Shown here piece after piece: positions 50,408-59,772 of a DNA stretch of 64,000 nucleotides. The notes below the pieces were generated by a model that was given only the letters and a program-made list of their open reading frames with translations, did not search any database and was not told the origin of the DNA. The stretch lies in NCBI GenBank assembly GCA_965221775.1, contig CBDCSU010000006.1, positions 544,001 through 608,000 of the forward strand. The letters are read 5' to 3'. The translations under genes were made by a program, and so were the position numbers. This DNA is from Candidatus Latescibacterota bacterium. Its GTDB lineage: Bacteria > Latescibacterota > UBA2968 > UBA8231. The number at the start of each line of letters is the position of its first letter. Position 1 is the stretch's first letter.

Positions 50408-51010
50408 ATGAATGGAATCGCGATGACCTGCGCCGCGGCCCTGGCCGCGGCCGGACTGTCGGCCTGTGCGGGCCCCCGGGCCTTCACCCAGGGGACCTAC
50501 ACGGACCCCGAAGAGATCGTCATGCTCGACGACGACTGGAACCAGAACGACATGCAGCTGGTGGCCAGGAAGATCGTCACCTCCCTGCAGAGCTGGAAGG
50601 AGCGCGACGCCCTCGACGGGGATCCGACGATCATCCTCGAGACGCCGAGGAACCGCACCACCGAGCACATCGACCTGCAGGCCCTGTACGACCACGTGAA
50701 GACGGCGCTGATCAACAGCGGCGAGTTCACCTTCCTCGACAAGGCCGCCCGCAGGGAGATCGCCAGGGAGTACGAATACCAGGGCTCGGGCTACGTCGAC
50801 CCGTCCCAGGCCAAGGGCCCCGGCCGCCAGCAGGCCGCCGAGTTCCTCCTCGGCCTGGTGATCACGTCGACGATCCAGCAGGTGGGCAAGGACAAGGTGG
50901 TCTACTACAAGGCGACCTTCGAGCTCACCGACATCGAGACCAGCGTCATCGTGTGGACCGACCACAAGGAGATCACCAAGGCCTTCAAGAAGAGGGCCAT
51001 CGGCTTCTAG
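50408..51010 (+). CDS. LpoB-like (CsgG-fold) lipoprotein
   Basis: Lipobox LSAC; NRTTEHID, LINSGEFTFLD, ELTDIETSVIVW..KEITK. Confidence 0.85.
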   Translation: MNGIAMTCAAALAAAGLSACAGPRAFTQGTYTDPEEIVMLDDDWNQNDMQLVARKIVTSLQSWKERDALDGDPTIILETPRNRTTEHIDLQALYDHVKTALINSGEFTFLDKAARREIAREYEYQGSGYVDPSQAKGPGRQQAAEFLLGLVITSTIQQVGKDKVVYYKATFELTDIETSVIVWTDHKEITKAFKKRAIGF

Positions 51011-51021
51011 GAGGTAATGGA

Positions 51022-51567
51022 ATGAGAGCCTGGACCGCAGCGGCAGCGGTGACCCTGTGGGCGGCGGGCGCCTTCGCGGCAGACGGGTCCCCGGGACGCA
51101 CCGACGGCCCGGTGGGCAGCGAGATCGGCAAGGGAGGCTACCGCCTGGCGGGCACCCCGGGGACGTGGTCCCTCGCCCCCTTCCTGGGAGCCGCCATCGT
51201 GGAACCCGAGGACGACGACTCCGAGACCGACCTGATGTACGGCCTCAACGTCGGTTGGCGCACCGAGGACTGGCTCGGCGTCCACGCCAGCTACGCCTTC
51301 ATCCAGGACCAGGAGATCAGCCTCTTCGGCGTCGGCGTGCGCAACATCCTGGAGTACGAGCCCTTCAACTACCACCTCAGCCTCGACGCCGAGCTCTACG
51401 TCCCGGGCGAGGGCGACACCCGCTTCGGCATCGCCCCCGGCGCCGGCGCCGAGGTCCTGCTCACCGACAACCTCAGCCTGGGCCTGCAGTACCAGCGCGA
51501 CTTCATCTTCGCCGACGAGCCGATCGGCATCAACCGGTTCACGGCGAAGGTGGGCTTGCGCTTCTAG
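51022..51567 (+). CDS. Small outer-membrane beta-barrel protein
   Basis: Signal peptide, about 8 amphipathic strands, C-terminal VGLRF. Confidence 0.78.
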   Translation: MRAWTAAAAVTLWAAGAFAADGSPGRTDGPVGSEIGKGGYRLAGTPGTWSLAPFLGAAIVEPEDDDSETDLMYGLNVGWRTEDWLGVHASYAFIQDQEISLFGVGVRNILEYEPFNYHLSLDAELYVPGEGDTRFGIAPGAGAEVLLTDNLSLGLQYQRDFIFADEPIGINRFTAKVGLRF

Positions 51568-52175
51568 CTTCGGGCCGCCGCGGCGGCGGCCGTCATCTCC
51601 AGGAAATGGCGGTGCACCTGCGCTCCGGCGCTCAGCTCGGGGTGGAAGGTGGCCGCCAGCAGGCCCCCCTGGCGGGCCACCACCGTGTCGCCGCGGCACT
51701 CGCCCAGGGCCTCGACGCCGGCGCCCAGCCGCGTGATGCGGGGGGCGCGGATGAAGACCATCTCGATCTCGGTCTCGCCGCCGGCCCCGGTCCGGAACGT
51801 CCCGGAGCCCTCGAAGCTGTCGCGCTGGCGCCCGTAGCTGTTGCGCTCGACGGTGATGTCCATGGCCCCGAGGCAGCGCTGCCTCGGGTTGAGAACCTCC
51901 GAGGCCAGCAGGATCGCCCCGGCGCAGGTGCCGAAGACCGGGCGGCCGGAGGCGATGAAGGCGCCCAGGGGCTCCCAGAAGTCGAAGGCGTCCATCAGCT
52001 TGATGAGGGTGGTGCTCTCGCCGCCGGGGATGACGAGGGCGTCCAGGCCGTCGAGCTGACCGGCCTTGCGCACCGCCGGGCAGCGGGCGCCCAGGCCGCG
52101 CAGCACTCGCGCGTGGGCCTCGAAGTCGCCCTGCAGGGCCAGCACGCCGACGACCGGTCCCGCCTGCTCGCTCAC
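51564..52175 (-). CDS. pdxT: PLP synthase glutaminase subunit
   Basis: GVLALQG, PGGESTT, FGTCAG, RNSYGRQ, FIRAP, FHPEL. Confidence 0.96.
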   Translation of the reverse strand: MSEQAGPVVGVLALQGDFEAHARVLRGLGARCPAVRKAGQLDGLDALVIPGGESTTLIKLMDAFDFWEPLGAFIASGRPVFGTCAGAILLASEVLNPRQRCLGAMDITVERNSYGRQRDSFEGSGTFRTGAGGETEIEMVFIRAPRITRLGAGVEALGECRGDTVVARQGGLLAATFHPELSAGAQVHRHFLEMTAAAAAARS

Positions 52176-52199
52176 GGCTTCAGCTCCATCGCTCTACGC

Positions 52200-52235
52200 A
52201 AAGAAAGGAGACGCCCCCGGGCGGGAACGCCTCCT
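52200..52235 (-). terminator. Terminator-like hairpin between pdxS and pdxT
   Basis: Minus strand GGAGGCGTTCCC-GCCC-GGGGGCGTCTCC then TTTCTTT. Confidence 0.7.
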
Positions 52236-52262
52236 CGACCGACCGCGGGTTCGCTCCGATGC

Positions 52263-53168
52263 CTACCAGCCCCGCGTCTGCAGCTTTTCGCCCTCGCCGA
52301 GGGTTTCCATCTCGATCCCCGGCATCGCCTCGCCGAGCTGCTCGGAGACCTGCACGAGCACATCCGGATCCTGGTAGTTGGTCGTCGCCTTGACCACCGC
52401 CTCGGCGCGCTTCGGCGGGTCGCTCGACTTGAAGATCCCGGAGCCGACGAAGACCGACTCGGCGCCGAGCTGCATCATCAGCGAGGCGTCGGCGGGGGTG
52501 GCGATGCCGCCGGCGGAGAAGTTGGGCACCGGCACCTGGCCGGTCTCGGCCACGAGGCGCACGAGGTCGTAAGGCGCGCCCAGATCCTTGGCCTCGGTCA
52601 TGAGCTGCTCCGGGGCCAGGGTGGTGAGGCGGCGGACGCCGTCCATGACGGCGCGCATGTGGCGCACGGCCTCGACGATGTTGCCGGAGCCGGCCTCGCC
52701 CTTGGTGCGGATCATGGCGGCGCCCTCGCCGATGCGGCGCAGGGCCTCGCCCAGGTCGCGGCAGCCGCAGACGAAGGGCACCTGGAAGGCGAACTTGTCC
52801 ACGTGGAAGTGCTCGTCCGCCGGGGTCAGGACCTCGCTCTCGTCGATATAGTCGACGCCCAGGGCCTGCAGGATCTGGGCCTCGGCGAAGTGGCCGATGC
52901 GGCACTTGGCCATGACCGGGATGCTCACCGACTCCATGATCTCGCGGATCTTGGCGATGCTGGCCATGCGCGCCACGCCGCCTTCCTTGCGGATGTCGGC
53001 GGGCACCCGCTCGAGGGCCATGACCGAGACCGCGCCGGCGTCCTCGGCGATGCGGGCCTGGTCCTTGTCGGTGACGTCCATGATGACGCCGCCCTTGAGC
53101 ATCTCCGCCAACCCGGTCTTGAGGCGGTGGGTGCCGCTGGCCTGGCCGTTGCCGCTCTGGGGATCCAT
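52263..53168 (-). CDS. pdxS: PLP synthase lyase subunit
   Basis: [59 protein letters not shown]. Confidence 0.97.
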   Translation of the reverse strand: MDPQSGNGQASGTHRLKTGLAEMLKGGVIMDVTDKDQARIAEDAGAVSVMALERVPADIRKEGGVARMASIAKIREIMESVSIPVMAKCRIGHFAEAQILQALGVDYIDESEVLTPADEHFHVDKFAFQVPFVCGCRDLGEALRRIGEGAAMIRTKGEAGSGNIVEAVRHMRAVMDGVRRLTTLAPEQLMTEAKDLGAPYDLVRLVAETGQVPVPNFSAGGIATPADASLMMQLGAESVFVGSGIFKSSDPPKRAEAVVKATTNYQDPDVLVQVSEQLGEAMPGIEMETLGEGEKLQTRGW

Positions 53169-53265
53169 CTGCTGACTGCTCCTGGTGAAAGGCGGCCGCT
53201 GCGCGGCCTGAAGGACGTTCCAGCGTCAAAAAGTACTGGCCCCGCCAAATCATGGAAAGACCGGC

Positions 53266-54702
53266 CTACCCGCCGCGGACGCTGCGCCACATCTCCCGCA
53301 AGTCGTCCCAGGCGAAGAGACGCACCCCCGCCAGACCGCCGATAGCCGCCGCCAGTCCGCCCGCCGCGCACGCCGCCAGCGGCGCCGCCGGCCACCACGG
53401 CGAGGTCGCGCCCAGCGCCACGGCCACCGACGCGGCCACCAGCCCCGGCCGCCAGAGCACCGCCAGGTAGTCGGTGAATCCCATCTCCAAGAGGCGGTTG
53501 GCCAGGTGCTGGGAGAGGGCCAGGAACAGCAGGGAGGTCAGCAGGATCGCCGCGGCGACCCCGGCGACGCCGTGACCGACGGCCCAGTAGAGGGCGGGGA
53601 CCAGGACGGCGAGGGTGGCCAGGGCCCAGTAGAGGGCCCAGTTGGCGCGTCCGCACGCGAGGAAGACCGAGCCCACGCCGGTGCCCGCGGCCTTGACGAG
53701 GGTGGCCAGGGCCAGCAGCCGCAGGGGCCACACGGCCGGGGCCATGTCGGGGCGGGTCAGGGTGACCACCGGCTCGGCGAGCAGGGCGAGGCCGGCCAGG
53801 ACCGGCCAGCAGCCCAGGGCCATGGCGCCCACCGAACGCAGGTAGGCGCGGCGCAGCAGCTCCGTGTTCTCCTGGATCGCCGAGAAGGTGGGGAAGAACA
53901 CCCGGGTGATGACGGTGGAGAGGCGGACCAGCGGCAGCAGCGTGAGGCGGTAGGCGAAGCTGAAGTGGCCCATGGCGGCCTCGCCGAGGAGGGGGTAGAT
54001 GAACAGCCGCGGCAGGTTGCTGCCGAGATACTGGAGGCAGCGGGAGCCGGTGAGGTTGAGGCCGAAGGCGGCGATGCGCCGCAGGGCCGCGAGGCGCAGG
54101 GCCGGACGCGGTAGCCAGCGGCCGGCCACGGCCAGCCCGAAGAGCAGCACGACCTCGCGCGCCAGGGCGCCGTAGACGACGCTCAGGATCCCCAGGCCGG
54201 CGGCGAGGAGGGCGAAGGAGAGGGCGGCATGGACGCAGGAGGCGGCGATCTCGGCGGCGGCCATGGCACGCCAGCGCAGGTCCCGCTGCAGGCGGGCCCG
54301 GAAGACGCCGGAGACCGCGGCGAAGGGGACGAGCAGGACCAGGCGGGAGAGGATCGTCTCGAAGTCGCGCGTCTCCTCCCGCGACAGCCAGGCGGCCAGG
54401 GCCGGCGCCAGGACCAGGACCAGGGCGGTCACGGCCGAGCCGAAGGCCAGGCAGGTCCAGAAGGCGGCGTCGAAGTGCTCGTCGCCGGCCTCGCGGTCCT
54501 GCACCAGGGCGCTGCCGAGGCCGAGGTCGCAGAGCAGGGCGGCGAGCATCACCAGCAGCAGGGCCCACTCGAAGCCGCCCATGCGTTCGGCGCCGAGGAG
54601 GCGGTAGAAGACGAGGGTGGTGGCGATCTGGAGGGCGAAGGCGCTGCCGGTCCAGAACAGGCCGCGCACGGTGCGGGTGGCCAGCGACTGGATATCGCTC
54701 AC
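53266..54702 (-). CDS. Polysaccharide flippase (WzxC-like)
   Basis: SLATRTVRGLFW, DLGLGSALVQ, RVFFPTFS, many TM helices; GTG 54702 preferred. Confidence 0.85.
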   Translation of the reverse strand: MSDIQSLATRTVRGLFWTGSAFALQIATTLVFYRLLGAERMGGFEWALLLVMLAALLCDLGLGSALVQDREAGDEHFDAAFWTCLAFGSAVTALVLVLAPALAAWLSREETRDFETILSRLVLLVPFAAVSGVFRARLQRDLRWRAMAAAEIAASCVHAALSFALLAAGLGILSVVYGALAREVVLLFGLAVAGRWLPRPALRLAALRRIAAFGLNLTGSRCLQYLGSNLPRLFIYPLLGEAAMGHFSFAYRLTLLPLVRLSTVITRVFFPTFSAIQENTELLRRAYLRSVGAMALGCWPVLAGLALLAEPVVTLTRPDMAPAVWPLRLLALATLVKAAGTGVGSVFLACGRANWALYWALATLAVLVPALYWAVGHGVAGVAAAILLTSLLFLALSQHLANRLLEMGFTDYLAVLWRPGLVAASVAVALGATSPWWPAAPLAACAAGGLAAAIGGLAGVRLFAWDDLREMWRSVRGG

Positions 54703-54782
54703 GGCGCGATCGATCGATTGATTCGGGCGGCGGGGACGGCGAGCTTCACTGTCCAAAGATAGGCACGACCACCGGAGGGCCG

Positions 54783-56477
54783 ATGCACGACCGCAGCGAC
54801 GACGGCGATCTCGTACTCCACGGCGGCCGGGTGCGCACCCTGGAGGACGGCCGGGCGCCGGCCGAGGCCCTGTGGGTCCGCGGCGGGCGCGTCGCCGCCG
54901 CCGGCACCGACGACGAGATCCTGGCCGCGGCGCCCGCCTCTGCCCGCCGGGTCCCCCTGGAGGGCGCCTGCGTGCTGCCGGGCCTGGTGGACGCCCACCT
55001 CCACTTCGAGGGATTCGCCCTCGGCCTGAGCCGCATCGACGCCGACCTGCCGCGGCTGCAGGACGTGCTGGCGGCCGTGGGCGAGCGCGCCGCCTCGACC
55101 CCGCCCGGCGAGTGGATCCTCGGCCACGGCTGGAACCACAACCGCTGGGGCTCCGGCGAGCTGCCCACGCGCCGGCTGCTGGACGGCGCCGCGCCGGACC
55201 ACCCCGTCTTCCTCACCGCCAAGAGCGGCCACGCCTCCTGGGCGAACTCCGCCGCCCTCGCCGCCGCGGGCGTCACCCGCCGCGCCCAGGATCCCGCCGG
55301 CGGCACCGTGGTCCGCGACGGGACCGGCGAGCCCACGGGGGTCTTCCTCGAGGAGGCCTCCGGCCTGGTGGCGGACCACCTGCCCGAGGTGACGGCGGAG
55401 CAGGTGGCCGACGCCATGGCCGCGGCCCTGCCCGCCGCCTGGCGCTGCGGCCTCACCGGGGTCCACGACCTCGACGGCATCCGCGCCCTGCGGGCCTGGC
55501 AGATCCTGCGCGAGCGCGGCCACCGGGGACTCCGCGTCTGCAAGTCGATCCCCTCGAGCCGGCTCGACGAGGCGATCGCCGCCGGCCTGCGCTCCGGCTT
55601 CGGCGACGACATGCTGTGGATCGGCGGCGTCAAGCTCTTCGCCGACGGCGCCCTCGGTCCGCGCACGGCGTGGATGCTGGCCCCGTACGAGAACGAGCCC
55701 GGCAACCTCGGCATGCCCCTCATGGCGCCGGAGGAGCTGCGCGAGACCGTGACCCGCGCCAGCCGCCACGGCCTCGCCTGCTTCGTCCACGCCATCGGCG
55801 ACCGCGCCAACCGCGAGGCCCTGGACGCGCTGGCCCTGGCGCGCGCCGGGGAAGATGACAGCGGGCGGCGGCTGCGGCACCGCATCGAGCATGCGCAGGT
55901 CATCGACCCGGAGGACGCGCCGCGCTTCGCCAAGCTGCGGGTCATCGCCTCGGTGCAGCCCATCCACGCCACCAGCGACTACCCCATGGTGGACCGGTTC
56001 TGGGGCCGGGAGCGGGGCCGCTGGGCCTACGCCTTCGAGTCGCTGCGGCGGGCCGGGGCGGTGCTCGCCTTCGGATCCGACACGCCGGTGGAGCCGATCC
56101 CGCCGCTGGCCGGCCTCCACGCCGCCGTCACCCGCCGCCGGGCGGACGGCTCCCCCGGCGCCGAGGGCTGGCAGCCGCGGGAGAGGCTCACGGTGGCCGA
56201 GGCGGTGCGCGGTTTCACCCGGGGGGCCGCCTTCGCCGGCGGCGTGGAGGACCGCCTCGGGGCGCTGGCCCCGGGCCAGCTCGCCGACCTCGTGGTGCTC
56301 GCCGAAGACCCCTTCGCCGTCGATCCCATGGACCTGGCCGGCCTGCCGGTCCTGGCGACCCTGGTGGCAGGCCGCTTCGTCCACGCCGACCCCGGCCTCG
56401 GGCTGGACGATCCTGGCCGCACCCCCGCGCCCGGCCATCCCGCCGCCGCGGTTCGCCCTTCTGGAGGCTCTCCATGA
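54783..56477 (+). CDS. Amidohydrolase (YtcJ/amidohydrolase_3 family)
   Basis: PGLVDAHLH, GHASWANS, KLFADGALG, HAIGDRAN, RIEHAQ, FGSDTP, LADLVVL. Confidence 0.93.
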   Translation: MHDRSDDGDLVLHGGRVRTLEDGRAPAEALWVRGGRVAAAGTDDEILAAAPASARRVPLEGACVLPGLVDAHLHFEGFALGLSRIDADLPRLQDVLAAVGERAASTPPGEWILGHGWNHNRWGSGELPTRRLLDGAAPDHPVFLTAKSGHASWANSAALAAAGVTRRAQDPAGGTVVRDGTGEPTGVFLEEASGLVADHLPEVTAEQVADAMAAALPAAWRCGLTGVHDLDGIRALRAWQILRERGHRGLRVCKSIPSSRLDEAIAAGLRSGFGDDMLWIGGVKLFADGALGPRTAWMLAPYENEPGNLGMPLMAPEELRETVTRASRHGLACFVHAIGDRANREALDALALARAGEDDSGRRLRHRIEHAQVIDPEDAPRFAKLRVIASVQPIHATSDYPMVDRFWGRERGRWAYAFESLRRAGAVLAFGSDTPVEPIPPLAGLHAAVTRRRADGSPGAEGWQPRERLTVAEAVRGFTRGAAFAGGVEDRLGALAPGQLADLVVLAEDPFAVDPMDLAGLPVLATLVAGRFVHADPGLGLDDPGRTPAPGHPAAAVRPSGGSP

Positions 56478-57508
56478 CGGAACTGGTTCTGGCCATCTCC
56501 CTGGCCATCGGTTTCTCGGCCATGTGCTCGCTCTTCGAAGCGGTCCTCTACGCCGTGCCCACCGGGCACGTGGAGGCCATGGCCGAGGCCGGCAAGAGGT
56601 CGGGGCGGATCCTGCGCGCACTGCGCGAGCGGGTGGACCGCCCCATCGCCGCCATCCTGTCGCTGAACACGATCGCCCACACGGTGGGCGCCGCCTGGGC
56701 GGGGGCGGTCTTCATGGTCCTCTACGGCGAGGAGCACCTGCTGCTGTTCTCGACCGTCTTCACCCTGGCGATCCTGCTGCTCTCCGAGGTGATCCCCAAG
56801 ACCGCGGGCGTCGTCTACTGCCGCGGCCTGGCGGGCCCCGTGGCCCGCCCCCTGCTGGCGATGGTATGGGTCTTCCGGCCCCTGATCTGGCTCACCGGGC
56901 AGGTGACGCGCCTCATCGCCCGGGATCAGGGCTTCCCCGGCGTCTCGGAGGAGGAGCTGCTGGTCATGGCCCGCCTCGGCCGCAAGGAGGGCGCCATCGA
57001 CGCCGACGAGGCCGCCGCCATCGAGAACATCCTCGGCCTCAAGGAGAAGACGGTGCGCGACATCATGACCCCGCGCACGGTGGTGTTCTCCCTGGCCGTC
57101 TCCACGACCCTGGGGCAGGTGCGCGACTCGGTCCAGTCCCTGGGCCACGCGCGCGTGCCCGTGTACGACGCCGACGCCGACGACGTGGTCGGCACCGTGC
57201 ACCGCCAGGACCTGCTCGCGGCCATGGCCGAGGGGCAGTGGGACCGCACCCTCGAGGAGATGATGCGTCCCGTGGACTTCGTCGCCGAGACCCTGACCTC
57301 CGACCGCCTGCTGCGCCGTCTTTTGGAGAGGCGCGAGCACCTGGTCATGGTGATCGACGAGTTCGGCGGTCTGGCGGGTCTTGTCACCCTCGAGGACGTC
57401 TTCGAGGAGATCCTGGGGACCGAGATCGTCGACGAGTTCGATCCCGCCGAGGACATGCGCGAGCTGGCTCGCCGGCGGCGGCAGTCCCTCGGGCCGGATC
57501 GATTGTGA
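56474..57508 (+). CDS. CNNM/CorB-family (DUF21 plus CBS pair) protein, copy 1
   Basis: CSLFEAVL, LNTIAH, SEVIPKT, IMTPR, VIDEFGG..GLVTLEDVFEEILG.EIVDEFD. Confidence 0.93.
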   Translation: MTELVLAISLAIGFSAMCSLFEAVLYAVPTGHVEAMAEAGKRSGRILRALRERVDRPIAAILSLNTIAHTVGAAWAGAVFMVLYGEEHLLLFSTVFTLAILLLSEVIPKTAGVVYCRGLAGPVARPLLAMVWVFRPLIWLTGQVTRLIARDQGFPGVSEEELLVMARLGRKEGAIDADEAAAIENILGLKEKTVRDIMTPRTVVFSLAVSTTLGQVRDSVQSLGHARVPVYDADADDVVGTVHRQDLLAAMAEGQWDRTLEEMMRPVDFVAETLTSDRLLRRLLERREHLVMVIDEFGGLAGLVTLEDVFEEILGTEIVDEFDPAEDMRELARRRRQSLGPDRL

Positions 57509-57589
57509 CCGCCCGCCTCTCTCGACTATCCTAGCCGCACCCCCGCGCCGCCATCCCGCCGCCGCGGGTCCCCCTTCCGGAGGCTCTCC

Positions 57590-58633
57590 ATGACGGAGCT
57601 GGTTCTGGCCGTGGCCCTGGCTGTCGGCTTCTCGGCCATGTGCTCGCTCTTCGAAGCGGTCCTCTACTCCGTGCCCGTCGGCCACGTGGAGGCGATGGCC
57701 GAGTCCGGCCAGAAGACGGGCCGCATCCTGCGCGCGCTGCGCGAGCGGGTGGACCGCCCCATCTCGGCGATCCTGTCACTGAACACGATCGCCAACACGG
57801 CGGGGGCGGCCTGGGCCGGAGCGGCCTTCGTGGGCGTCTACACCGAGGAGCGCCTGTGGCTGTTCTCGGCCGCCTTCACCCTGGCGATCCTGTTGTTCTC
57901 CGAGGTGATCCCCAAGACCGCGGGCGTCGTCTACTGCCGCGGCCTCGCCGGTCCGGTGGCGCGCCCCCTGCTGGCGATGGTGTGGGTCTTCCGGCCCCTG
58001 ATCTGGCTCACCGGGCAGGTGACGCGCCTCATCGCCCGGGATCAGGGTTCGCCCGGCGTCTCGGAGGAGGAGTTGCTGGTCATGGCCCGCCTCGGCCACA
58101 AGGAGGGCGCCATCGACGCCGACGAGGCCGCCGTCATCGAGAACATCCTCGGCCTCAAGGAGAAGACGGTGCGCGACATCATGACCCCGCGCACGGTGGT
58201 CTTCTCCCTGGCCGTCTCCACGACCCTGGGGCAGGTACGCGACTCGGCCCAGTCCCTGAACCACACGCGCGTGCCCGTGTACGACGCCGACGGCGACGAC
58301 GTGGTCGGCACCGTGCACCGCCAGGACCTGCTCGCGGCCATGGCCGAGGGGCAGTGGGACCGCACCCTCGAGGAGATGATGCGCCCCGTGGACTTCGTCG
58401 CCGACAACCTGACCGCCGGCCGTCTGCTGCGCCGCCTGCTGGAGTCGCGGCAGCACCTGGTCATGGTGATCGACGAGTTCGGCAGCCTGGGCGGCCTGGT
58501 CACCCTCGAGGACGTCCTCGAGGAGATCCTCGGCACCGAGATCGTCGACGAGTTCGACACCGCCGTGGACATGCGCGAGCTGGCCCACCAGCGGCGGAGG
58601 CAGTCCCTCGGGGATCCGGGACAGCCGGACTGA
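57590..58633 (+). CDS. CNNM/CorB-family (DUF21 plus CBS pair) protein, copy 2
   Basis: Tandem paralog of 56474-57508 with long identical stretches; about 65 nt of upstream DNA also duplicated. Confidence 0.93.
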   Translation: MTELVLAVALAVGFSAMCSLFEAVLYSVPVGHVEAMAESGQKTGRILRALRERVDRPISAILSLNTIANTAGAAWAGAAFVGVYTEERLWLFSAAFTLAILLFSEVIPKTAGVVYCRGLAGPVARPLLAMVWVFRPLIWLTGQVTRLIARDQGSPGVSEEELLVMARLGHKEGAIDADEAAVIENILGLKEKTVRDIMTPRTVVFSLAVSTTLGQVRDSAQSLNHTRVPVYDADGDDVVGTVHRQDLLAAMAEGQWDRTLEEMMRPVDFVADNLTAGRLLRRLLESRQHLVMVIDEFGSLGGLVTLEDVLEEILGTEIVDEFDTAVDMRELAHQRRRQSLGDPGQPD

Positions 58634-58757
58634 CCTCGCCGCGAATTCTGTCTTATCGGCAGTCAGGGCCTGCCCATGCGCCGTCTTCCGCCCTCCTGTC
58701 TGCCATTCCGGCGCGATTCCCCTCCTGGTGCGCGAGACTTCCCAGGGAAAACGGCGG

Positions 58758-58772
58758 TGGCACGGCCTTTGC
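58758..58772 (+). promoter_or_regulatory. Sigma54 promoter of hsp20
   Basis: TGGCACGGCCTTTGC, consensus -24/-12. Confidence 0.8.
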
Positions 58773-58844
58773 GCTCCTCTTCGCGCCAACCAAACCCAAC
58801 CGCGATCGGGGCCGACGCCCCGGTCCAAGACAGGAGGAGATGAA

Positions 58845-59288
58845 ATGGCACTCGTTCGCTGGCAGCCCCGCGAGCTCTTCGGAATCGGCAGGGACATGGA
58901 CCGGCTCTTCGACGGTCTGTGGGGCCATGGTGACGGCGCGGCCCCCCGGGAGGCCGTCTGGCGTCCCTCGGTGGACATCGCCGAGACCGACCACGACTTC
59001 GTCCTCACCGCCGACCTGCCCGGCATCGCCCGGGAGGACCTCGACCTCACCGTGGTCGACGGCCGTCTGACCATCAAGGGTCAGCGCCGCAGGGAGAGCG
59101 ACTCGAAGGAGGGCAACGTGCACCGCGTGGAGCGCGCCCACGGCACCTTCACCCGCGCCTTCGACCTGCCCGCCGCGATCGACCCCGAGACGGTGGCGGC
59201 CACCTACAAGGACGGCGTCCTCACGGTGACCGTGCCCAAGGCCGAGGAGGCCAGACCGAAGCAGATCGAGGTCAAGGTCAGCGCCTGA
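58845..59288 (+). CDS. Hsp20/alpha-crystallin small heat-shock protein
   Basis: WRPSVDIAET, ADLPG, ERAHGTFTRAFDLP, YKDGVLTVTVPK, IEV; AGGAGG RBS. Confidence 0.95.
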   Translation: MALVRWQPRELFGIGRDMDRLFDGLWGHGDGAAPREAVWRPSVDIAETDHDFVLTADLPGIAREDLDLTVVDGRLTIKGQRRRESDSKEGNVHRVERAHGTFTRAFDLPAAIDPETVAATYKDGVLTVTVPKAEEARPKQIEVKVSA

Positions 59289-59331
59289 CGGCCGAAGGCT
59301 GAACGGCCGCCGAAGGCAGGGCGGCAAGAGG

Positions 59332-59368
59332 AGGGCCGGTACCCCGCGAGGGGTGCCGGCCCTTTTTT
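59332..59368 (+). terminator. Rho-independent terminator after hsp20
   Basis: AGGGCCGGTACCCC-GCGA-GGGGTGCCGGCCCT then TTTTT. Confidence 0.88.
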
Positions 59369-59451
59369 GTGTGGGGCGCGCCGCCAGGTGTCAGGCAGGG
59401 TCCCTGGGAACTGCCGGCCGCGATCAAGCAGGCAGCATCCCAGGCGCGGTC

Positions 59452-59691
59452 TCATCCTTCGTCCGCCACCATGGCCTCGATCCGGCGCGCCAGCCACTTC
59501 CAGTCGCCGCTGTCGTCACCGTCGAGTGTCCGTTCCTCCACCTCCCCGGCCTCCGTGTCGAGCGCGTGCCACTCACCCGAACGGGTATCGAGGTTCAGGT
59601 CGAGGCTGATCTCTATCGAGCCGATGGACGACTCGGCCTGGACGCCTCCCGTTTCCGTCGGGTAGAGGTGCGGCAACGGCGCATCGTCGGG
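59452..59691 (-). pseudogene. Probable C-terminal remnant of a hypothetical protein
   Basis: PDDAPLPHLYPTETGGVQAE...EISLDL...GEWHAL reads as protein-like but has an upstream in-frame stop and only a weak TTG start. Confidence 0.45.
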
Positions 59692-59772
59692 GCCGGCTCC
59701 CCCGTGAGCCTCCTGCGCTGCGCCTCAGCTCCCGGTACTCGCAGGCCATGTCGCCGATCGAGTTCTGTTCCC

